Source: an uncultured Candidatus Saccharibacteria bacterium (lineage in GTDB: Bacteria; Patescibacteriota; Minisyncoccia; Phycocordibacterales; UBA9973). Taken from it: 58,720 bases of DNA. Within the stretch, counting starts at the first letter, position 1, and the number at the start of each line of letters is the position of its first letter. Shown one piece after another: positions 28,947-36,639 of the stretch. The translations under genes and the position numbers were made by a program. The notes under the pieces were generated by a model, which did not search any database, was not told the DNA's origin, and saw nothing but the letters and a program-made list of their open reading frames with translations. The stretch spans positions 1 through 58,720 of the forward strand of contig CAZTAH010000001.1 of the NCBI GenBank assembly GCA_964611515.1, in the 5' to 3' direction.

Positions 28947-28965
28947 TGTGCCCTCGGCAGGAATC
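28947..28965 (-). repeat. displaced exact copy of tRNA-Arg 3' end (19 nt)
   Basis: Minus sense GATTCCTGCCGAGGGCACA equals the end of the gene at 29167-29185. Flanked by GTGACC and AAAGCG. Confidence 0.9.
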
Positions 28966-29096
28966 GGTCACTCTCGTGGATATTTTGTTTCTGGTTCGAC
29001 AAGCTCACCATCACAAAATATCTCACTCCATCGGCCCCCACTCGGTCGTTTCCTTTTTCCTAATCTTAATTAGGAAAAAGGGCTTTGCGCGACCTC

Positions 29097-29119
29097 GGTT
29101 CGATTCCCGCGAATTGCAC
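29097..29119 (+). other. orphan tRNA T-loop/3'-end-like fragment
   Basis: GGTTCGATTCCCGCGAATTGCAC. No matching 5' half. Confidence 0.4.
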
Positions 29120-29168
29120 TAAAATTCTAAATCCCAAGAACTCCGTTCTTGGTCTTAAGTATTTTATG

Positions 29169-29240
29169 TGCCCTCGGCAGGAATCGAACCCACATCTATT
29201 CCTTAGGACGGAACTGTTCTATCCATTGAACTACGAGGGC
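29169..29240 (-). tRNA. tRNA-Arg(CCT)
   Basis: Minus sense GCCCTCG..CGAGGGC-A. Anticodon arm GTTCC-GTCCTAA-GGAAT. T arm GTGGG-TTCGATT-CCTGC. Confidence 0.9.
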
Positions 29241-29246
29241 TTTTAT

Positions 29247-29272
29247 AAAAACACTCCCTTCGGAATGTTTTT
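29247..29272 (-). terminator. terminator after glutaredoxin-like gene
   Basis: Minus sense AAAAACATTCC gaag GGAGTGTTTTT. Confidence 0.5.
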
Positions 29273-29286
29273 ATATTCTAATTATC

Positions 29287-29526
29287 TTATTCTTCTATGT
29301 CTAGAAGTTTGCTTAGTTTTTCCTTGTCAAAACCAATAACTAAGTCATCTCCAATTACAGTTACAGGTACCCCCATTTGTCCACTTTTATCTAGCATCTC
29401 CTTTCTTTTTTCTAAATCGGTGGCCACATTAAATTCCTCATAAACAATTCCATTAGCAGTAAAAAAATCTTTTACTAGATTGCAAAAATGGCAAGAAGGG
29501 GTAGAATAAATTGTTACTTTTTTCAT
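29287..29526 (-). CDS. glutaredoxin/NrdH-like thioredoxin-fold protein
   Basis: 79 aa with a CHFC active site after beta1 (VTIYSTPSCHFC) and GVPVTVI. Confidence 0.75.
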   Translation of the reverse strand: MKKVTIYSTPSCHFCNLVKDFFTANGIVYEEFNVATDLEKRKEMLDKSGQMGVPVTVIGDDLVIGFDKEKLSKLLDIEE

Positions 29527-29607
29527 ATTTTTATTTATTAATTATTAATATTTAACTTTTTTATTATAGCATATTTTACCAAATGCTTAAATTATAAAAA
29601 TTGATGA

Positions 29608-29646
29608 GGGGGTAACAAGGTGGACGGCCGTCCGTCTTGTTACACC
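29608..29646. repeat. REP-like palindrome copy c
   Basis: GGGGGTAACAAGGTGGACGGCCGTCCGTCTTGTTACACC. Confidence 0.85.
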
Positions 29647-29673
29647 AATGAAGCATTACTAGTTAGTAATTTG

Positions 29674-29711
29674 GATTCTCGCACGCAAGCAAAAGATTGC
29701 TTGCTTACCTG
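29674..29711 (+). repeat. second copy of split tRNA-Gly-3'-like module
   Basis: GATTCTCGC-ACGCAAGCAAAAGATTGCTTGCT-TACCTG resembles 29958-30000. Confidence 0.7.
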
Positions 29712-29718
29712 AAATAAT

Positions 29719-29853
29719 CCCCACACCTATATTTCCATCCTTTAGCTTTTTTGTTATTAGTAAATATTTATTTAATTAAAAAAAACCTCTCAGTTTTGCT
29801 CTGAAGATTTTTCAACTAACCACAAAAAGCAATGGAAATATTGGTTTGTGGGG
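29719..29853 (-). repeat. MITE-like element, copy 2 (inverted)
   Basis: Runs from CCCCACACCTATATTTCCAT.. to ..ATGGAAATATTGGTTTGTGGGG. Confidence 0.8.
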
Positions 29854-30032
29854 GTGCGGGTAGCGAGACCGCGAGTACGCTTATCGATCCTTACAGGATC
29901 TGTACACTCTTCGTATTATTTGGAATTAAAAATTCCAAATAATATACTCAGAGTCTTCGATTCTCGCACGCAAGCAAAACTATTTGCTTGCTTACCCGCA
30001 TTAAAAAGCTCCACTGGAGATTTTTAATTTAG
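29854..30032 (-). repeat. Gly-linked trailer unit bounded by tRNA-Gly 3'-end copy
   Basis: Minus sense holds a weak hairpin, then TGCGGGTA-[hairpin]-GCGAGAATCG (antisense to the tRNA 3' end). After more hairpins it ends TCTCGCTACCCGCAC (29854-29868), a 15-nt direct copy of the tRNA end. Confidence 0.75.
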
Positions 30033-30103
30033 TGCGGGTAGCGAGAATCGAACTCGCGTCTCAACCTTGGGAAGGTCGCATGCTGCCACTATACCATACC
30101 CGC
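30033..30103 (-). tRNA. tRNA-Gly(CCC)
   Basis: Minus sense GCGGGTA..TACCCGC-A. Anticodon arm CGACC-TTCCCAA-GGTTG. T arm GCGAG-TTCGATT-CTCGC. Confidence 0.9.
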
Positions 30104-30108
30104 TTATT

Positions 30109-30486
30109 TTAATTTATAAAAAAACTCTTCATCTTATCTAAAAAACTTTTATTTTTTTCTGGTTCTTCTTTTTCTAGATCCTCTGGTTCTTCCTCTATGA
30201 TATTTAACACTTTTTCTCCTTCTTTTGCCACCTGATACTTAATCCTTATTATCCCTTCTTTTCCCTCCTCTGTGCCAAGATCATGAATTTCCTGATTTAA
30301 GCCTTCTATTCTTTTATTTAAATCATTAACCTCATTTTCTACCACACCTCTAATAAATTTGGCATTTTGGTATCTTTTAAATAAATCAAGAGTTTTATAA
30401 GAAAAGAGTATTAATAAACCGAATAAAAAGAGTAAAACTACAGGTGAGTACCAAAGTTTATTTTTCTTTTTCTTGTGCTTCCTCAT
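30109..30486 (-). CDS. FtsB/DivIC-like septum-formation protein
   Basis: 125 aa: basic N-terminus, one TM, then a leucine-zipper-like coiled coil. Confidence 0.5.
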   Translation of the reverse strand: MRKHKKKKNKLWYSPVVLLFLFGLLILFSYKTLDLFKRYQNAKFIRGVVENEVNDLNKRIEGLNQEIHDLGTEEGKEGIIRIKYQVAKEGEKVLNIIEEEPEDLEKEEPEKNKSFLDKMKSFFIN

Positions 30487-30507
30487 AAAGAATGCTAATA
30501 TTATAAC

Positions 30508-30618
30508 ATGTTTTTCAGTTCAAAAAATAAAAAAAAGATAGAAAAAATATTTGGGATAATATCAGTGCTGATAATAATTAGTATGATCCTTCTCTACATG
30601 CCTGGTATTTTTAAATAA
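30508..30618 (+). CDS. possible 36-aa membrane peptide
   Basis: ATG..TAA ORF MFFSSKNKKKIEKIFGIISVLIIISMILLYMPGIFK, found by eye in the gap. No other support. Confidence 0.2.
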   Translation: MFFSSKNKKKIEKIFGIISVLIIISMILLYMPGIFK

Positions 30619-30619
30619 T

Positions 30620-32440
30620 TTAAGAACCTCCTTTTCTAATCATTTTTAAAAAGACATCGTGGGAAATATTTATCTTCGCCCCTGACTGTAATCTCTTTTT
30701 TCCTTTCTTTTGTTTCTCTAATAATTTTTTCTTACGACTAACATCTCCACCTCCTACTACCTTACTGCCATGCATTAAGACATCTTTTCTAAAGGCAGAA
30801 ACTGACTCAGAGGCTATTATCCTGCCTAATGCTTTAGCTTGAATCTTAAAAGCAAATTGCTGTCTCGGCATAATTTCTTTTAGTTTTTCTACTTGAGCCC
30901 TAGCCTCTTCATTTACCTTCCTTCTTGATATAACCCTGCTGAAAGCTGGAATTAGTTCATCTGCTACTATAATATCTAGCCTAATTACATCCGCCTCTCT
31001 CAGTTCTCCTATCTCGTAAGAGATTGAGGAGTACCCAGAAGTAACACTTTTTAAATTATCAAAAAAATTTCTCATCATTTCCCTTAAGGGCATTTCTAGG
31101 TCTAGAGAAGAACGGTTGTCTCCGAAGCTATGAGTTTCTTTTACTATTGCTTCATGTTCGTAAAGAAAAGGAATTAAAGAATTGAGATAAAAAGAAGGTG
31201 TAATTATTTTTAAATTAACCCAAGGTTCAAATATTTTAACTATCTGACCATCTTCTGGAAAAAGATGAGGAGAATAAATAATTTCTTCTTTCCCCCCTTT
31301 TGTTATAACTTTATAGGTAATAGAAGGAATAGTCACTATTAACTCTATGCTAAATTCCCTACTTAGCCTCTCAGTGACTATTTCTAGATGCAACATTCCC
31401 AAAAAACCACATCTAAATCCTCTGCCTAAAGACCCAGAAGACTCTTCCTCAAAAGAAAAGGATGAGTCTGATAATTTTAATCTACTTAAGGCTTGTTTTA
31501 ACAAGGGAAAATCATCCTGACTTTCTGGGTAAACAGAAGCCCAAACTACTGGTTTTGGATTTTGGTAACCAGATAAAGCAGACATTGGTTTTCTGAGAAA
31601 GGTGATAGTGTCTCCCACTGAAGCAATTCCTGGTTTTTTTATACCTGTAACTATGTACCCTATTTCCCCACAACTAAGAAACTCAACAGGCTTTTCTTCA
31701 GGAGAAAAAATTCCAGTTTCCAAAGAGTTAAATCTTTCATTAGAAACTGCAAAAAGAAGAGAGTCTCCTTTTTTAAAAGAACCACTCATTACCCTTATGT
31801 AAACTATTACTCCTCTATGATTATCATACTCAAAATCAAAAACTAAGGACCTTCCTGAATCCTGAGAACTGTCCTCTTTTTCTGGATGGGGAATTCTTTT
31901 AACTATTTGGTCTAATAAAGAAGAAACCCCCTCCCCTGTTTTACCTGAAACAGACAGAATAGAATCTGGGTCAATATCTAATAGCAGAGCAACCTCCATC
32001 TTTACCTCGTCCACTCTGGCTAAAGGAGAGTCTATTTTTGATAAAACTGGAATAATTTCTAAGCCTGAGTCCCTTGCCATTTGTAAAGTGGTTAAAGTTT
32101 GAGCTTGTACTCCTTGGGTGGCATCTACCAACAAGATAGATCCCTCAACAGCCTTCAGGGCTCTTGAAACTTCATAAGAAAAATCAATATGCCCGGGAGT
32201 GTCTATTAGGTTTAACGCATACCTCTTCCCTTCTTTCTCATGCTCCATTCTCACAGGTTGCATTTTTATCGTTATCCCTCTTTCTCTCTCTAGTTCCATA
32301 GAGTCTAGAACTTGGTCCTTCATCTTTCTTTTTTCTATTGTCCCTGTCTCTTCTAGCATCCGATCAGCCAGGGTGCTTTTCCCGTGATCTATATGAGCTA
32401 TGATAGAAAAATTTCTAATTAAATTAATGTCTGGATTCAT
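30620..32440 (-). CDS. lepA: elongation factor 4
   Basis: GTPase motifs AHIDHGKST and DTPGH, plus the LepA-specific C-terminal domain. Confidence 0.95.
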   Translation of the reverse strand: MNPDINLIRNFSIIAHIDHGKSTLADRMLEETGTIEKRKMKDQVLDSMELERERGITIKMQPVRMEHEKEGKRYALNLIDTPGHIDFSYEVSRALKAVEGSILLVDATQGVQAQTLTTLQMARDSGLEIIPVLSKIDSPLARVDEVKMEVALLLDIDPDSILSVSGKTGEGVSSLLDQIVKRIPHPEKEDSSQDSGRSLVFDFEYDNHRGVIVYIRVMSGSFKKGDSLLFAVSNERFNSLETGIFSPEEKPVEFLSCGEIGYIVTGIKKPGIASVGDTITFLRKPMSALSGYQNPKPVVWASVYPESQDDFPLLKQALSRLKLSDSSFSFEEESSGSLGRGFRCGFLGMLHLEIVTERLSREFSIELIVTIPSITYKVITKGGKEEIIYSPHLFPEDGQIVKIFEPWVNLKIITPSFYLNSLIPFLYEHEAIVKETHSFGDNRSSLDLEMPLREMMRNFFDNLKSVTSGYSSISYEIGELREADVIRLDIIVADELIPAFSRVISRRKVNEEARAQVEKLKEIMPRQQFAFKIQAKALGRIIASESVSAFRKDVLMHGSKVVGGGDVSRKKKLLEKQKKGKKRLQSGAKINISHDVFLKMIRKGGS

Positions 32441-32477
32441 AGTCCTATCTTAGCAAAAAAGGCTTGAAAACAAAAGG

Positions 32478-34169
32478 TTATTGTAAATCATCTAATTCTG
32501 GAGCAAGAACATCTTTCTTTTTCCAGAACTTATTCCTTAAAGCCTTGATAATATTAAAGAATTCTTCATTTTTAACTAAATAAAGAACTGAAATCCCTCC
32601 TATTATTCCAATTAATCCTGAAAGTAGTCCTTGCATAAAAACACCCCACCCTGTTGTTAAATCAAAAACTTTATCAAATATATTTAAAAACACATAAGCT
32701 GTTGAGCTCATTGTTAGAGCAGACAAAAGACTATCCATTGTGGTTTTGAATATTCCTATTTTCTTATTTTTTAAGAAATCTTTTTTAAATAATACCCAAA
32801 TGAAAACTAGGTTGACAATTGATCCCAAAGCATAAGCTAAAGGCAGAGCCAGCATTATCGTCCCTGGCACATCTTTTACTCTTAAAAAAGATTCTATATG
32901 TGTGATTATTTCGGGATAAGTATTAAACAAATAAAGAAAAAATTTCGCCAAAACAATCACCAAGACAGAGGAAGAAACATTCGTTATAAAAGGCTTTTTA
33001 GTATTTCCTGCAGCATAATAACCTCTTACTAATAATAAAACTAATCCTTGGGAGACTAGGGAGATAACAAATAGAGCCACAGAGGCTGCTGTTAATCTTG
33101 TATCCATCCAGCTAAAGTGACCAGTGCCTAATATCACCCTCACTATTTGAGCTCGCAAGACAATAAGTAAACCAGTTATAGGTAGAGACCAAAAAATTAT
33201 CTGTCTGGCTGCCACAGTCAGTTGTTTTATAAAATCCCTTAAATTTCTTTGGCTAAATGACCTAACTAAAGTCGGAAAAGCTGCTACAGAATAAGAAGTT
33301 CCTACTATCCCGACTGGGACTGACTGTAAATTATAGGCAAAGGTAAAAAGAGAAATAGATCCAGACTTTAAGGTAGATGCAATAGAAATTAAAACAAGAA
33401 AAGCCAAGCTGTTACAAGATAAGGTTAAGGTTCTAGGAGCTGACAGTTTAACCACTTGTCCTATTTCTTTCCAGTTTATATTAAGAGTAAATTTTGGGAA
33501 AAAGTTATTTTTATAAACCACTATAGCCTGAATTAAGAAATGAAAAACAGCTCCTACAATCACCCCCAAAGCTAGACCATAAACTCCAAAATAAGGAAAA
33601 AGGAAGATTATCCCTAATATTATCCCTATGTTATAAAATACAGGAGACAGAGAAAAGACTAGAAACTTTTTTAATAGCTGAGTCACTGATCCTAGTAAAT
33701 TAGACAACCCAATAAAAATGGGTGATAGTAACATTATTCTACTCATTGTAATTAAAGAGGTTAGTTGGCTTTGAGAAAAACCTGGAGCAATGTAATTAAC
33801 CAATTTTGGCATCAAAATTGCAATTAAGATACTAGCAACAGCCATAAACATAGCATAGGCACTAAAGATATTATTCAAAAAAGACCTTGCCTTCTTCATT
33901 GACCTATCTTTATTTATTCTTTCCATTAAAAAAGGCATTAAAACTGTTATGGAAGCCAAAGATGCAATTGAAATATAAAGAAAATCTGGAATTCTAAATG
34001 CAGCATAGTATACATCTAAAACTGGACCAGCTCCAACAAAGTGAGCTAGAGACCTGTCTCTTAAAAGACCTAATATTTGAGAAAGAAAAGTAAAGCCGCC
34101 GAGTAATAAGGCGGCTTCGTTCACTCCCTTAAACTCCTTGTTAAGAAATCTAAATATCCTGCTAGCCAT
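32478..34169 (-). CDS. murJ: lipid II flippase MurJ
   Basis: 563 aa, polytopic. N-terminal SRI.G..RD...A..FG signature. Confidence 0.9.
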   Translation of the reverse strand: MASRIFRFLNKEFKGVNEAALLLGGFTFLSQILGLLRDRSLAHFVGAGPVLDVYYAAFRIPDFLYISIASLASITVLMPFLMERINKDRSMKKARSFLNNIFSAYAMFMAVASILIAILMPKLVNYIAPGFSQSQLTSLITMSRIMLLSPIFIGLSNLLGSVTQLLKKFLVFSLSPVFYNIGIILGIIFLFPYFGVYGLALGVIVGAVFHFLIQAIVVYKNNFFPKFTLNINWKEIGQVVKLSAPRTLTLSCNSLAFLVLISIASTLKSGSISLFTFAYNLQSVPVGIVGTSYSVAAFPTLVRSFSQRNLRDFIKQLTVAARQIIFWSLPITGLLIVLRAQIVRVILGTGHFSWMDTRLTAASVALFVISLVSQGLVLLLVRGYYAAGNTKKPFITNVSSSVLVIVLAKFFLYLFNTYPEIITHIESFLRVKDVPGTIMLALPLAYALGSIVNLVFIWVLFKKDFLKNKKIGIFKTTMDSLLSALTMSSTAYVFLNIFDKVFDLTTGWGVFMQGLLSGLIGIIGGISVLYLVKNEEFFNIIKALRNKFWKKKDVLAPELDDLQ

Positions 34170-34176
34170 TTATTTT

Positions 34177-36585
34177 TTAATTTTCTTCTTGTAAAGGAGG
34201 CTTGATTGCTTCCAGTTCTGATTTTATTACCTCTGTTTGCTCTTCCTCTTCCCCTGTTTCTCCTAATCCTTCTTCTTCCTCTTTCTCAGTCTCTGATGAC
34301 TTAACTCCTAGAGACTTAATTGCATTTTTAACCTCTTGGTTATCAGGAGCCACTTCCTTGAGAAGATTAAATTGAACTAAGGCATCGTCATTTTTACCCA
34401 TTTTCTGATAAGATAGCCCTAAGTAGTAATGAGCATTTAAATAAGAACTATTCTGTATGGCTGCCTTTTCTATTGCTGCTATAAATGACTCACTGGCCTC
34501 TTTGTAGTCTTCTTTGTTGTATCTTAATAATCCCAGCCTAAAGTAAACAGTTGGGTCCTCTGGCGACACCTGACTTGCGTATTCAGCTTGGTTTATTGCT
34601 TCTTCTAAGTTTCCTTCTGTTGTTTCTAGTTGAGCCAATAAGAATATCGCGTCTGTATAATTAGCCTTAAGGTCTAAAGCTTGCTTAATGTATTTTCTAG
34701 CCTCACTATTATTTTCATTTAAGTACTCAAGACTTGCTTTGGCTAGAAACACAGAAGGATTGTTGGGTGCGTAAATTAAAGCCTTATCATAGGCCATTGT
34801 TGCATTTTCATAACTTCCCTCTACAGGAATTAAAGATAACTCTGTATATATGTTCCCGAGGTTCATATAGTTTTGATAATACTTCGGATTTTGATCTATT
34901 GCCCCAGAAGCAGCAGTAACTAAATTGCTTATTAACTGCTCCAAACTAGTCTTTAGTGTGCTCTCTGATATGGAAGAATCTTGAATTAAGACCCCCATTT
35001 GAGCTAAATAAACCTGGGAGAGAGCTCTGTAGTAAACATCGTTTCTATCTAAGTTAATAGCTCTTAATAACATTGTTTCTGACCTAGCCAAAGACTCTAG
35101 GTTTTCTTCTACTTCTATGCCTCTTGAGTAGTAAATCAAAGAAGTGAATTTCTCTACATAAATATAAGTGAGAGAGATAGAAGCTACCATTAACACCACT
35201 AATCCCAGAATAGAGAAAAAACTGTTCCTAGGGTCTTCTAAGAATGAATATTCTTTTCTTTTGATTGCCTGCTTATAAGCAAGTATACCTATAAGCATCC
35301 CACTAGTCATAAAAGCTAACATCAACATTACAATATTAGGGTTATACAATATTACCGAAATCCAAGAGTATAAAGATAGGACCAATGTGGTAATTATGAA
35401 ATAATTAGAGGCATTTCTTTGTAGGGCCATCTTTATAGACTGAACACTTCTTACTGCATATAGAACCAAAAACCACAATAAGGCTACAAGCCCAAACAAG
35501 CCAACAGTAACTGCAAAAGTTGACAATAAGCTATACCCACTAGAGAAATCTATTCCCCAAAAAACAGTTTGGGCTAACTCCTTTGGTTGCCAAAGAGACC
35601 AATCTAAAGCAAATGTATTAGGCCCTGTTCCAAAAGCAGGATTATGCTTAAAAGACCGGAGGGCCAGCTGAGCAGTAGTAGCAAAAGAAGGCCTAATATC
35701 TGGGTTGTTAAAAACTATTTTATTAGAAATTAAGTCTACAAATAAACTATTACCAACTAAGGAGATAAAAGCAATGAACACTACAAGTAAAGACACGAAA
35801 GGAAACTTCCTTATGGGCTTAGCTTTTTCTGCTGTACTGCTAGCTGAGTGCTGAATAGATAAACTGTAAACAAATACTACTAAGGAAAAAACTCCAACCA
35901 AGACCCAGACTAATTGCATATTAACTATTATTAAGAAAAATAAACCAAGGGCTAATAGTAAATATGGTATAAACTTAAAAATCTTTTTAAACCCAGCTAG
36001 CTCTAAAGAGATAATGGACAACAGGACAATAGCGCCAACCATTAAAGCAAAGTTATTCCAACTTCCAACCAAGTTCCCTGAGGTCAAACCCTGAACCAAT
36101 TCTGGAAACCTCTGATTAAAATTAATAAAAAGATCTAGGCTTTGATACAATAAAACTATTGCCCCGGACAAGAAAAGAGACCAGATTAAGTAGTAATTTT
36201 TTCTATCTGACTGAAAATAACAAGCAGAAAGGAAAAAAACAATATACATAATAAGCATAGAGCCAAATGTTCCTACTTCAAATCCACTGCCAAATAAAGA
36301 CAAGCGCAGAGAAGAAGAAAAGAAAGAGGAGAGCAAGAAAACGAGAGGAATGGCCCCGGCAAATAATATTAGCTTATCCTTGGGGATAACAAACTTCCCT
36401 TCTCCCAACCTGGCTATAAACCAAAAAAATAGGGATAGGGTTGCTCCTACTGACAAAAGAAAACCCTTGCTTGCTTCTATGGTCACAGGAGAAAAAGGAA
36501 TAAAGAAGAAAACGCTAACTACAATAGTGAATAATAAAGTTATAAACGAAAGCTTATTAAAGAAATTAATTTTTTTTGACTCCAT
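34177..36585 (-). CDS. O-antigen ligase-like (Wzy_C) polytopic protein with C-terminal TPR repeats
   Basis: 802 aa with more than 10 TM helices. KHNPAFGTGPNTF loop motif, then TPR-like repeats and an acidic tail. Confidence 0.7.
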   Translation of the reverse strand: MESKKINFFNKLSFITLLFTIVVSVFFFIPFSPVTIEASKGFLLSVGATLSLFFWFIARLGEGKFVIPKDKLILFAGAIPLVFLLSSFFSSSLRLSLFGSGFEVGTFGSMLIMYIVFFLSACYFQSDRKNYYLIWSLFLSGAIVLLYQSLDLFINFNQRFPELVQGLTSGNLVGSWNNFALMVGAIVLLSIISLELAGFKKIFKFIPYLLLALGLFFLIIVNMQLVWVLVGVFSLVVFVYSLSIQHSASSTAEKAKPIRKFPFVSLLVVFIAFISLVGNSLFVDLISNKIVFNNPDIRPSFATTAQLALRSFKHNPAFGTGPNTFALDWSLWQPKELAQTVFWGIDFSSGYSLLSTFAVTVGLFGLVALLWFLVLYAVRSVQSIKMALQRNASNYFIITTLVLSLYSWISVILYNPNIVMLMLAFMTSGMLIGILAYKQAIKRKEYSFLEDPRNSFFSILGLVVLMVASISLTYIYVEKFTSLIYYSRGIEVEENLESLARSETMLLRAINLDRNDVYYRALSQVYLAQMGVLIQDSSISESTLKTSLEQLISNLVTAASGAIDQNPKYYQNYMNLGNIYTELSLIPVEGSYENATMAYDKALIYAPNNPSVFLAKASLEYLNENNSEARKYIKQALDLKANYTDAIFLLAQLETTEGNLEEAINQAEYASQVSPEDPTVYFRLGLLRYNKEDYKEASESFIAAIEKAAIQNSSYLNAHYYLGLSYQKMGKNDDALVQFNLLKEVAPDNQEVKNAIKSLGVKSSETEKEEEEGLGETGEEEEQTEVIKSELEAIKPPLQEEN

Positions 36586-36639
36586 TTTATTTGTTTTTTT
36601 AAATTACCAAAAACGACTTTTTATTTTTTTACACATAAA

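Noticed and set aside
29081-29119. GGTTCGATTCC T-loop consensus suggested a plus-strand tRNA.
   Set aside because: The flanks cannot form a T stem or acceptor stem, and there is no upstream D or anticodon arm.
27839-29339. ORFs 27839-28042(-) and 29085-29339(+).
   Set aside because: They overlap tRNA-Phe, tRNA-Arg and palindromic repeats, so they are open frames through structured non-coding DNA.
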